Counted from the first letter of the stretch, positions 10,306 to 19,964 are shown. The stretch: DNA of 64,000 bases from Candidatus Bathyarchaeia archaeon (GCA_049512075.1 JBEKXL010000010.1:1-64000); one strand, 5' to 3'. Translations and numbers: made by a program. The notes: generated by a model from the sequence alone, not told the origin.

Positions 10306-11442
10306 CTAACCTATCTTCCTACCGAAACGGTCACGCGAAACAGGAACCCAATTCTCCACGCCTCCACCATCTACCAAATCGTCGTAAAAAGAACCATTAA
10401 CACCACACTTAATCCGAGCCAACACATCAACATCAGAGCCAACATAACGAAACTCCTCAAGCGGACGCTGGCACAATGGGCAAAGCTCCTTAACCATCTT
10501 CGGCGTAACATGCAAACCACGATACGACGCAACGCCCCACCAAGTCAACAAACGAGCACCCTTAACCCCAACAGGAACACTCGCATGAGCCAACTCGTAA
10601 CTTATTGTCTTACGAATACTCCGACGAACCTCAGCCCGACCTGAAACACGGTCACGAGCAACCTTGATAATCCAACCCGTCTTACCATACTGCTCACGAA
10701 CCTTAGCCTCGAACCCATGGCAGCCCGAACAGGCCGAAACACTAGCAAAATCAACTTTAGGACAGTTTCGACAATTATAACCACCACGAATCCAACCAAG
10801 ATTATGCACATGCGGGCCATAATACCAACCCCGACCCCTAGTGTAACGGAAAGCGTGAACAACATCACAACCACCCAAAAAACCAACACCCTTCAAAACC
10901 TCACGAGACAAAAGCTTCAACTCACTACCATCAGTAACATGATAAAGCTTCATAGGAACAGAAGTGATAACATGTTCGACAAGCCCAAAATGCTTCGAAC
11001 CCTCATTTAGCCTTTCCTCAGCCCTCACACTCTCACGAAAAGCAACGCGACGGTAACACTCAGGACATGAATAACGGTCACACGAGTGCCGCCCATTCTT
11101 CATATACACCTTACCCTCAGCATGAACAATTTTACCCTCAGCATCAAAATGGTCATGATGGTCTTTAACATTCAAACAACCTTTAAAAACACCAAATTGA
11201 CCACAATTATCCTTCGTAACAGAACCCTTACCGACTAACGTCAGACCTTTATAGTAAACCCACATCGCAGCCGACTCAACATCAGCCGAAGCATGTTCAA
11301 TCTCATTCTCCTCATAAACTCGAATAGCCTCGGAATCGTCCACCATGTCCCTAACGGCTTCACCGTCAACAAAACGACCAAACTCATCCAAAAACAACAC
11401 CCTCCGTAATACGCCTACAACACTCGGTAAACCACACCCCAA
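10306..11442 (-). CDS. HUH-superfamily rolling-circle replication initiator (start uncertain)
   Basis: Zn motif HSCDRYSCPEC, motif I HVITS, motif II PHVHNLG, motif III YELAH, C-terminal CPLC. Confidence 0.8.
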   Translation of the reverse strand: MGCGLPSVVGVLRRVLFLDEFGRFVDGEAVRDMVDDSEAIRVYEENEIEHASADVESAAMWVYYKGLTLVGKGSVTKDNCGQFGVFKGCLNVKDHHDHFDAEGKIVHAEGKVYMKNGRHSCDRYSCPECYRRVAFRESVRAEERLNEGSKHFGLVEHVITSVPMKLYHVTDGSELKLLSREVLKGVGFLGGCDVVHAFRYTRGRGWYYGPHVHNLGWIRGGYNCRNCPKVDFASVSACSGCHGFEAKVREQYGKTGWIIKVARDRVSGRAEVRRSIRKTISYELAHASVPVGVKGARLLTWWGVASYRGLHVTPKMVKELCPLCQRPLEEFRYVGSDVDVLARIKCGVNGSFYDDLVDGGGVENWVPVSRDRFGRKIG

Positions 11443-12085
11443 CCAAACCCGAACATCGCAGACGTACTACGGAAAAAAACATCGTGGAAACAAAACATTT
11501 TGAAAACAGGCTACTCAACAGTAACCACCTTCCTCGGAGTAAAACGCAAACCGCCCCTACGAAGTGGACAAGCCACAACTTTACCATTAGGCTCAACATG
11601 CGTACAAGAACCCGACTCAGAAACACACCAACGCCTAAAGTCAAAACGACACGGTCTAGTCAAATAAACCACTCCCAACTAGAAAACCTAAATGGAACAA
11701 TTTTCTAGGGAATATATTTGTCTTCATACCACTTACCTCTTGGCACAACGCCCACCCGCGCCAGCAAAAGAAGAACAACTAAGAACCTAACCAGAACAAA
11801 ACCACAAAAAACCACCAAAACCAACAATTCAACTTAAACCGCACAGAGAACTCAAACCCCAAGCAGCACCACACAGCAGACCAAACAGAGTCTCAAAATC
11901 ACTCAATCAAACATAAACATCACAACAGTTCTTCCTCTGCTTTGCGCTCAGGCGAACCTTGCGCAATATCTAACTAGCAAAACAACTATAAAAATCCATC
12001 CAAATATGAAAAGTCACGAAACGCACACAGAAACGCATGTCAGTCCTCGAAGACATAAGCCTTTCCCCTTCGCAAAAGCTTCAGG

Positions 12086-12379
12086 GTGCGCCTCAATCGC
12101 AATTTTTTACTGAAACAAAATGCCATACACGAACCTCGCAATCCTAAAAAATTGCTCATTCGGGAAAGGCATATTGTCTTCTCGTTCACAAAACGAACTA
12201 AAAGGAAGGTGCTCTGCATGTGCACAACCCAAGAACAATGCGAGTATAAGCCTAAACTCGCTAGGCAACCAACAAAAAGAACCCTAGAAGAAATCAGATA
12301 CGGCCAACTATGGGCCGAAATCGAACTACCAAAACTCTTAACAGAAACAAAAACCACACCAGAGGAGGTGAAACAATGA
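12086..12379 (+). CDS. hypothetical protein coupled to the integrase start (start uncertain)
   Basis: Stop overlaps ATG 12376 (ATGA). Confidence 0.4.
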   Translation: MRLNRNFLLKQNAIHEPRNPKKLLIRERHIVFSFTKRTKRKVLCMCTTQEQCEYKPKLARQPTKRTLEEIRYGQLWAEIELPKLLTETKTTPEEVKQ

Positions 12380-12452
12380 ACAAACAAGAACAAACACAAG
12401 ATACGTGCAACATCAAACTTAGTCAACCAGATAAGACAGGTTCATGCGAGAC
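12376..12452 (+). CDS. N-terminal fragment of the partitioned integrase
   Basis: GAGGAGGTGA then ATG; MNKQEQTQDTCNIKLSQPDKT-GSCET reads the att repeat in the same frame as the integrase. Confidence 0.8.
12437..12452 (+). repeat. attR core, 16 bp
   Basis: Identical to 7434-7449; followed by LKGKVVLVEKGKEYRI*, completing the MBL gene. Confidence 0.95.
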
Positions 12453-12558
12453 CTTAAAGGAAAAGTGGTCCTCGTCGAGAAAGGAAAAGAGTACAGAATC
12501 TAAAGCAATACTTTGGTCTATTCATCAGATTAGAAAATCAGAAGTGGACTTTGGGTTG

Positions 12559-13197
12559 TCAGCCAAGGTCGACGATCGAGCCACGGGGCAAGCTACCGGG
12601 TATCTCTCTCATGATCATCAGGGCTGCACCTACGCTTGTTCTGATTTCAACGGTCAGCTTGCTGTATGATGCCAGCGCATACGTGTCTCCTAGGTTTATG
12701 ACGAGGTATGCCTTTGCGTTTTGCTTGAGAGTGGTGTCAGTAGCGAACTGACTGTTGTAGATGAAGCAGGTGGCGTTCGGAGCATTGGTCACGCTCGCCA
12801 TTAAGTTGGCAATGTCTGTCTCATTCGACGTCACCGCCCCACTGTAAATGTTCGCAAGTGAAAAGTTCCCTCCTTCCACTGCAACAACAACAGTGTGCAC
12901 AGCCAGGTCCACGTCCTCTTGGCCCACGGCCAGCTTCAGCGGAATTGCAAGATACGTTACGTTCCCGTTGGAGTTTGTTTCACCTGTTACAAACCCGTCA
13001 AGTTCAAGGGCGCTGGTAGCTTCCTTGATGCCCTTGTCAATAGTTGATTTAGCTGTTTGAGACGCGTAAAAACCCATGTTTATCACAACGTAGGCTAGGG
13101 CTGCAGCGATCACCACGAAGGCGATAAGCACGATTGCAGCCTCTATACCTACGATGCCTCGGTTTTTTCCACCCCTACGTTGCAGCCTTTTTCCCAT
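12559..13197 (-). CDS. flaB: archaellin (FlaB/ArlB family)
   Basis: Class III signal peptide NRG|IVGIEAAIVLIAFVVIAAALAYVVINMG; C-terminal IVDLG. Confidence 0.85.
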   Translation of the reverse strand: MGKRLQRRGGKNRGIVGIEAAIVLIAFVVIAAALAYVVINMGFYASQTAKSTIDKGIKEATSALELDGFVTGETNSNGNVTYLAIPLKLAVGQEDVDLAVHTVVVAVEGGNFSLANIYSGAVTSNETDIANLMASVTNAPNATCFIYNSQFATDTTLKQNAKAYLVINLGDTYALASYSKLTVEIRTSVGAALMIMREIPGSLPRGSIVDLG

Positions 13198-13604
13198 CGT
13201 GTCCCACTCGGTCACAACTTTCTGTTCGCAAATAGAACAATGAAATTTCGCTCTTAAACCTTCTTTCCTTAGAATAAATAGTTTGATTCGACTCATTACA
13301 TTCGTATGTTCAAACAAGAGCTACTTTTCTGTCTCAGAAAATTAACTAGAACTACCTATTTGCAAGTCTTGTTCTGAATCAGAACGTGTTGCTTAGGGTC
13401 GATATGAAATGTGTAGGAAGGTTTCTCAGTCCACGAATTGACCTGTCGTGAAATGAGGCAGAAGACCCTAAGAAACGCTGGGCGCGCCACCTGAATTCGT
13501 GAGGCAGCCGTGAAATCCTCCTTGTTTGCTGAGAAGACCCTAACCGTGTTGATGGCAAGATCAAACGTTGCCTAGGAGCCTGAAAAACGCAATATCTGCC
13601 TTAG

Positions 13605-14798
13605 TCATTCGCTTGTGTGAGGCATGAACTGCCATTTTTCTTGCTCAGCGTACATTTTCCTGAGTATTTCTGTTGCTTTTTCTCTGTCCAACGAAAGAAG
13701 AAGCTTCGCGATGTGTTTGCACAGTTTCTTGGTTGCCAGAACTCTCTCCCAATCAGCGCAATCGTGTGAAATCGTTGCAGCTTCTACATTTATGACTATA
13801 TGGTAGTCTCTAATTACAGCATTGATTCGACTCGCATTCTGCTCTCGGATGGTTAGTTCACCGTTGTCGATCTGTTCAGCCCTCCGCAATCTCTCCGATG
13901 GAACGAAATAGTGAATCAGACTCTCAAAACTCATATCTCTAGGTTCAACAAAGCTTTCCAGCGTAGAACTCTTCAGTTCGGCTGAACTCTGCAGATATTT
14001 TTCGATCTTGTTCTTAGCATCAGCCTGTTTCGCGTTTATGTTTCCAATAATTTCCATGACTTGGAGACAGTTTTCAACAGCGTAGCCGTGGTAATGGTTG
14101 TTGAAATAGCCAAATATCTTTCCGACTTTTCCGGCGACATCCTTTACTTTCGGTATCCATGGTTCGAGCTCCTGGACGGAATAGCGGTAGTCGTACCACG
14201 GTCTTTGGCCGCGTCCGTGCCATCTGAAATATGCGATGTCTGAAGTTAGATGGATATCTGAAGGGAGCAGAGGTTCGTCGACGATTGTGTAGGCAACGCG
14301 ATATTTCTCGAGCAGACTCCAAGTCTCACTTCTCATCCAAGACTTTTCTCGAAACTCTACGGCGAACCTCACTTGGGTGGGGAGTATTTTGAAGAAGCTT
14401 TCCAGTTCTTGAGGTCGATAATCAAACTTTGGCGGAAGCTGAATGAGTATGCACCCGAGTTTTCCGCTGAGAATAAGAGGCTCCATGAGCTGAATGAACC
14501 TCTCTAGATCATGTTCTGCCCCTTCGTTTAAACTCAGTTTCTTATCGTGCGTGATGAGCCCAGGCAGTTTCGCCGCGTAGATGAAGCCTTCAGGCGAGTA
14601 TCTCGTCCATCCCATGACTGTGCCTTTTGATGGGTATCTGTAGAAGGTAGAGTCGATTTCAACCGTTTTGAAGATCTTAGAGTACGCGCGAAGCTTACTC
14701 TTGTCCATCTTCGTGTAGAACGGGCCGACCCATTCGTTGTAGCTCCATCCTGAAGTGCCTAGAAGGACGTTATCGGGAATTGAGGCCAAACCGTTCAT
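13605..14798 (-). CDS. DUF72 protein with C-terminal SWIM-like zinc finger
   Basis: GTSGWSY, VEIDSTFY, QLPP, AVEFR, YFRWHG, YFNNH; HDCADW...LCKH. Confidence 0.88.
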   Translation of the reverse strand: MNGLASIPDNVLLGTSGWSYNEWVGPFYTKMDKSKLRAYSKIFKTVEIDSTFYRYPSKGTVMGWTRYSPEGFIYAAKLPGLITHDKKLSLNEGAEHDLERFIQLMEPLILSGKLGCILIQLPPKFDYRPQELESFFKILPTQVRFAVEFREKSWMRSETWSLLEKYRVAYTIVDEPLLPSDIHLTSDIAYFRWHGRGQRPWYDYRYSVQELEPWIPKVKDVAGKVGKIFGYFNNHYHGYAVENCLQVMEIIGNINAKQADAKNKIEKYLQSSAELKSSTLESFVEPRDMSFESLIHYFVPSERLRRAEQIDNGELTIREQNASRINAVIRDYHIVINVEAATISHDCADWERVLATKKLCKHIAKLLLSLDREKATEILRKMYAEQEKWQFMPHTSE

Positions 14799-15715
14799 CT
14801 CATCACACGTTCTAACCTATCGGCGACTTCGTCTAAATCGTTGTAGGTCGCCTCTGGCAGCTTCTCCAGCAGGTTTTCTACGCGGATTCTTTTGGTTTCG
14901 GTTAGATCAAAGATTTTCCATCCTTGGCTGCGTATCAACTCTTGCTTTGTTGATGGAAATCTTGCATCTTCGCTCAGAACCTCTTCGAGCGAATCTAAGC
15001 CCGTCGACCTTGTAACCATCGGAAACTGCCCCGTTTGCTTGTAGGTTTTGAGCCTCGCTGCGTCCTTGTACATTCTAACAAAGTGGAAGCTCATAACTAT
15101 CTTTTCGGACTTTCCACTTGAGGCTTTTTTGTCTATTTCTACAAGTTCCTCATCAGTAGGCTGGTACACATTGTGTTTCCCCTTTCCGAAAAGTCTGGTG
15201 TAGAGCATGTCAGATTCATACGCCGGCATCTCGGCCCTTGAAAGGTCCGTGCAGTGGACAATGTTGTATTCTTGCATGGTCTTGAGCAATTCAGGAGGAA
15301 GCTGTGAGGATCTTACCCCTCTGATTTCGAGAGCTAGCCGAAGCTTTCGGAGACTCACTGAGGAAAGTAGACTGTGAAAATTCGTGATTGACGTCTCAGT
15401 TAGTTCAAAAGAGGGCGGCACTTGGAGATGCATGACCTCGGCGTCCAGCGTGCTGCATATCTGGTTCATGCGTTCAAATGCTTCAAACGTCTCCTCCACG
15501 GGCTGAAGCTTGTACAGGTGCGTTATTGATTGATGTGCTCTGACTGAAAACTTGAAATCCGGGGGAACATGTCTTCTCCATTTCTCAACCTCTTTCAGTA
15601 GGGGTATTTGATAAAAAGTAGAGTTGACTTCCACAAAATTAAAGATTCTTGAGTAAGCCGTCAGCGATCCGAGCCCCGGAACTCGAAAGTATGCCCACCC
15701 ACCCGTTCCGATCAA
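14795..15715 (-). CDS. DUF72 protein with C-terminal DUF2795-like domain
   Basis: GTGGWAY, VEVNSTFY, LQVPPSF; RFPSTKQELI...LEKLPEATY. Confidence 0.85.
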   Translation of the reverse strand: MIGTGGWAYFRVPGLGSLTAYSRIFNFVEVNSTFYQIPLLKEVEKWRRHVPPDFKFSVRAHQSITHLYKLQPVEETFEAFERMNQICSTLDAEVMHLQVPPSFELTETSITNFHSLLSSVSLRKLRLALEIRGVRSSQLPPELLKTMQEYNIVHCTDLSRAEMPAYESDMLYTRLFGKGKHNVYQPTDEELVEIDKKASSGKSEKIVMSFHFVRMYKDAARLKTYKQTGQFPMVTRSTGLDSLEEVLSEDARFPSTKQELIRSQGWKIFDLTETKRIRVENLLEKLPEATYNDLDEVADRLERVMR

Positions 15716-16288
15716 ATACTCTTTAAAAGTTCACCACACTCCTGTTCTACTCAAGATTACGCAGCCAAGCAACAGTAATCTTCCACTCAAGTCCAACGCA
15801 CGCATGAAACGCACATGAGCCATCCTTCTGTTTGATCTGCGATTTTCAAAGGGAACCCGCGGGATTTATGCCTTTTTCGTACGCATCAATCACTCAGCTC
15901 ACGCATTTCAGCGAAAGGTTTCTCTTAGGAGTTGGCACAGTTTTCCCGATTTCCTCGAATCATATTTGGATCTTATGGTGGATCTAGGGGTATGGTACAC
16001 CAGCGCACGCATATCGAAGGCTGGAGAGACTTTTTAGAGTATCTTTGTTGGTGAGAAATCCTAATGGATTTGGAGAAGATGCTGATGGGTTCTCGAACAT
16101 TTGCCATCGAAGGAACCAGTTTGCCCAGCCTGCTTTCTAGCCGATATGTATACTCGTGTGATGGATGTCTTTAGCCCAGAGCGGGAGAGACAGATCCTGG
16201 AACGCGCTGCATTTGATTGTTGATTTGAACCACGAATCCTAAACTCTCAGCGTATGTTTTCCAGTGTAATTGTATGTTTTTTAGTCCA

Positions 16289-17539
16289 TCACTTAGCCTT
16301 TCTGAAAAGCATACGGTTTGTGTTTGGGTTGTTGCAGATATACGTCCATCCTGATTCTATCAGCTTCCCAGCTTCTTCGTCAGTGGCGACGGAGGCGAAA
16401 TAGAACCTTTCGTCCTGTTGGGGTCTGAGTTGTTCCGTCCAATGCAGATATTTCTCCGTGTTCGAAAAGTGCTTATGGCCCAGGTTATGCTGAACTTCTA
16501 AGGCTGATATGCCGTTGAGAATGTCCGTCGTGGCCCTGACGTGCCTGAATGTGTGAAAGTGAATCTTGATGAAGCTGGGTCTTACGTTCTTGTCAGCCAC
16601 TCTCTTACGCTGGATATGGAACTCCTGACAGTACACGCCGTTCTTAGGGTTGAATACATACGTGTCATATTTGCGGGGAAGACTGTTCAGCAGGTCTATG
16701 AGGGTTCTTGAAACTCTGAGCCCGTACCTGGGAAGACTGCCCTTCTCGGGGTGAGTGATCGCAATCTTGCAGCTTTCAAAGTTGATGTCCGTCCATTCTA
16801 GCTTGTGAGCTTCTCCCCGGCGACATCCAGTTTCTAGCAGCGCACGACAGAATATTCCTAGCCTCTTGGAGAGTCCGGCGATGAACAGAAAGCAGTCTTG
16901 TTCTGTTGGGATGTAGGGCATTTTCGGCTCGTAGTTGACTTTGATAGGCTCCCACTGGATCCCGAAGAGTTTGCAGTATGATTTGTATGACTGGACGAGT
17001 AACCACTTCGTAGGTGTCGGATAATTCTTTACCGCTAGGACCGTTTCGACCGTTTCTGAGGTGTTCAGGTCTGCTCCGTCACGCATAAGTTGGGCTAGAT
17101 GCTGTATTCGAAGCTTAATGGTGCTTGGCTGTAAACCGCGTTTGAGACATTTCCATTCGAACTGTGCTAGTATTCCTTCCTTATCTCCCGCAACCTTCAC
17201 TATGGTTGCAGATGTCAAGTTTTTCGTTCCTGGCCAGGATACGCACACTTGACCGCCCCTCTCTCTATCTTTAATCGTTTTTATTTTTTTATGTCCAAAA
17301 CTGAACCTAAGACCGCAAGCACGGCACAGGTAACGCTGAGTCTGAGAACCATCACTAAGCTGTCGTAAACCATCTTTGTAAAGAAGACTTGAACCACATT
17401 GAGGACATTTTCGGGGTCTGGACGACTGTTGCGGCTCGTTTTGGCTTACGAACTCCCCAGTAGTTTCGCCGCTTATGAAGTTAGTTGCGTTGTGGGAGAC
17501 AGCCATTCCAAACCCCTCACTTGAAAAGTCAAGCCTCAC
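16289..17539 (-). CDS. tyrosine recombinase/integrase with N-terminal zinc ribbon
   Basis: CPQC...QRYLCRAC; ETGCRRGE, HTFRH, LGH, TEKY; tail GWTYICNNPNTNRMLFRKAK. Confidence 0.93.
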   Translation of the reverse strand: MRLDFSSEGFGMAVSHNATNFISGETTGEFVSQNEPQQSSRPRKCPQCGSSLLYKDGLRQLSDGSQTQRYLCRACGLRFSFGHKKIKTIKDRERGGQVCVSWPGTKNLTSATIVKVAGDKEGILAQFEWKCLKRGLQPSTIKLRIQHLAQLMRDGADLNTSETVETVLAVKNYPTPTKWLLVQSYKSYCKLFGIQWEPIKVNYEPKMPYIPTEQDCFLFIAGLSKRLGIFCRALLETGCRRGEAHKLEWTDINFESCKIAITHPEKGSLPRYGLRVSRTLIDLLNSLPRKYDTYVFNPKNGVYCQEFHIQRKRVADKNVRPSFIKIHFHTFRHVRATTDILNGISALEVQHNLGHKHFSNTEKYLHWTEQLRPQQDERFYFASVATDEEAGKLIESGWTYICNNPNTNRMLFRKAK

Positions 17540-17546
17540 GTTTCAT

Positions 17547-18626
17547 TCAACGGTGCTCTCCGCGTATTTTGGCTAGTACGGACTCTATGGTGTCGTCTAT
17601 TCCGTTCTCACGTCTGAACGACTGAATCTCATTCACAACTTCGCTTCGTTTAGCGTCAAACTGAGATAGCACACTTTCTCCAAGCCCATTCCAATGTTCG
17701 CCACCGTAGAGCAAGGCGTCTTCATAGATTTTTTGGGCTTCCACTGGATTCATTAGAAGGGCGTTAAGTTCAACTTTCCTTCGACCAAACGCTTTAATGT
17801 AGTTCTGAACATAAGGCAAGTGAAAATGAGCATGGTTAGGATTCCCTAGGTCTTGGCCACTTGACGTTATCAGGTTGTTTATCCAAGGCAAGGCCAAGTT
17901 TTCAATCTGAACATGAGTCAGAGCGAACCTTTCAATAATCAAATCTCGCGGATCGTAGCCATGCGTACCGTCGGACCAAACATGATGTTGAACGTCCTCA
18001 AGATTCTTTCGCAAATTGTCATACTGATAGACTCCTGGCGGATCATGATCTGTGCCGACCATAAGCACACATTCCAAACCCTTTTCTTCAGCTTCCTTGA
18101 ATCGTCTACCATATTCATCCCTCTGAAACTTGCTGGACCATCCCTTAGTTGTGGCAATAGGAACATGAAAGCGGGAGCTAGTCGGCAGCCAGAGAGTTTT
18201 CAAGTCTATCTTTTCCACGATACATTGAATATAGAAACGCTCACCTTCCCACCAGTCAGGAACATAGTATTTCTCCGCGTTCTGAGCTAAAGACAACAAT
18301 CGACCCAAATACTGAACGGGTGTTATGTCGTGCGGTATTTCAACACATGAAAAGGCTCTGCTCTCATCCTTGGCTAGAAAATCGCAAGGAATATAGCCCA
18401 AGTCCTCGGCTTCATGTATCAAACGCTCGGCAAGGTCAATGTCATCTTTCGTTATCAAGCCGAACCCAGCCAACTGATAGCCCCATCCTCTAGCCGATAC
18501 TGCGAAACCGATTCTGTCACCCAAAGCTTGCACGTTGTCAGAAAATCGTCGTAGCATGTGCAATCGGTCTAACGACTTGCCTTTTGGCAATTCAATATGA
18601 ACGTCACTGATGTTTATCTCGCTCAT
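17547..18626 (-). CDS. Toprim-domain protein (TopoVI-A/Spo11/JetD-like fold)
   Basis: IVEK, TKGWSS, DHDPPG (DxD), ERFALT, ELNAL. Confidence 0.75.
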   Translation of the reverse strand: MSEINISDVHIELPKGKSLDRLHMLRRFSDNVQALGDRIGFAVSARGWGYQLAGFGLITKDDIDLAERLIHEAEDLGYIPCDFLAKDESRAFSCVEIPHDITPVQYLGRLLSLAQNAEKYYVPDWWEGERFYIQCIVEKIDLKTLWLPTSSRFHVPIATTKGWSSKFQRDEYGRRFKEAEEKGLECVLMVGTDHDPPGVYQYDNLRKNLEDVQHHVWSDGTHGYDPRDLIIERFALTHVQIENLALPWINNLITSSGQDLGNPNHAHFHLPYVQNYIKAFGRRKVELNALLMNPVEAQKIYEDALLYGGEHWNGLGESVLSQFDAKRSEVVNEIQSFRRENGIDDTIESVLAKIRGEHR

Positions 18627-19317
18627 CTAAATCGCCTTCCGCAACCGAACCATGTCGGCGGCGTAAGCGTCATAAAGCCGCTGAATGTCTGTTAGAACGC
18701 CATTCCGAACTAGCTCAGGCACTTCGAGACTTGCCAAAACTTCAGCAACACTCATAGACCTAGGAGATTCACCCTCACGTTTCTTAGACGCAAACAGTTT
18801 CTCACGGGCCTGAACAAAAGACAGCTCACCTTTCTGCATGGCCTCGAAAATGCCGGGATCCTCAAGAATCAATAGCCGTTGAGCCACATAAGATCGCGAC
18901 TTACCGACGTCTTTTGCGATTTGTTCTTCCGTCTGTCCTTCGTCGGTCCGAGCCCTAAACTCTAAAGCCAATTCACTATCAGAAAGGTTTTCTCTATGAA
19001 TGTTCTCAGCGATTCTTCTATTCGCAATTTGCCGTTTACTCTTTTTTTTTCTCTATGACAATACAGCGTATGCTTTGCCAGTTCAGAAGTGCAGCAGCCC
19101 TAAACCGTCTTTCGCCCTCTTCAATCTCGAATAAAAACTCTTCATTCGGAACTCGATAAACGATAATAGGCTCAATGAGGCCGTCTTTTGCCATGCTGGA
19201 GGCTAATTCTCGCAGTTTTTGTTCGTCAAAGACTTTTCTCGGTTGATTCGCGTCTACCCTAACTCTATCCAACGGAATTTCGATTATTTGTTCTGATTCG
19301 TTGTTGCTTGCGCTCAT
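18627..19317 (-). pseudogene. parB: ParB/Spo0J family protein, frameshifted at an A9 tract
   Basis: NQPRKVFD, GLIEPI, GERRFRA; removing one A gives ...ENIHRENLS...IAKDVGKSRSYVAQRL. Confidence 0.85.
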
Positions 19318-19681
19318 GTTCTAAATCCTCATTGAGAATCCAAAAAAGCCGAGAACGCCATTCTGAATATTGCCTTGGCATAGAATTGAACCCAAGAGAA
19401 AAAGTGTTACGGCGTAACGCCCTAACACGGTGAAGTTTTTCTTACCTCTAGATATGAGAAAAACTGAAGCCTTAGCCTTGATGTCTGGCGTTATGCAGTC
19501 CATAGGAAGCGTCAGAATCTCAGTCTCAACCATGAATCTCAAGCTTCCTTCGGCATAGATGAACCTGCAGGATCCAAATCAGAAAAGTGAAGCACGTTTG
19601 CTGACGCAAGAATAGGACGCAAAAGGTCTATTGCAGAGCGCATTTCGACGTATAAGAGGACGTAATACTTGGCTCTCTGTT

Positions 19682-19882
19682 TCATGTTTTCACCTCTGGC
19701 GTAGGGACCTCTTGTTCATGGGCTTTAGTAGTCAGGACGGACAGTTCTTGCAGCAATCTCGTTGCAGCATATCGGTAGAAATTAGAACGGGTCATCCTCA
19801 ACTTTTTGCGCGTCTCTTCAATTAGAGAATCCATGTCAGTTGAAACCCAGAATGTCCGACGCTTACCTTTTGAGTTTATCAC
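19682..19882 (-). CDS. ribbon-helix-helix regulator
   Basis: RRTFWVSTDMDSLIEETRKKLRMTRSNFYRYA. Confidence 0.7.
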   Translation of the reverse strand: MINSKGKRRTFWVSTDMDSLIEETRKKLRMTRSNFYRYAATRLLQELSVLTTKAHEQEVPTPEVKT

Positions 19883-19905
19883 TTCATCACCTCAAATCAT
19901 ACGTA

Positions 19906-19964
19906 GTGCTAAAGTTGTGCATAACTCTTTTATAGTTTATCGTGCTAAAGTCATTCGTAAAGTT
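19906..19964. promoter_or_regulatory. putative operator repeats in divergent promoter
   Basis: GTGCTAAAGT at 19906 and 19942 flanking TTTTATA; partial copy CGTAAAGTT at 19956. Confidence 0.45.

Larger units (their letters stand above)
7434..12452. mobile_element. integrated 5.0-kb rolling-circle replicon (plasmid or small virus)
   Basis: 16-bp direct repeats CAGGTTCATGCGAGAC at both ends, integrase, HUH Rep, abrupt A/C strand skew. Confidence 0.93.

Noticed and set aside
8867-11708. Many overlapping T/N/K/P-rich or V/F/C-rich ORFs
   Set aside because: Artefacts of the strand skew, which depletes stop codons; only ORFs with motifs or coupling were kept.
16141-16200. Possible degenerate copy of the dispersed site at the island's left edge
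   Set aside because: Only scattered 7-8 bp matches in inconsistent order.
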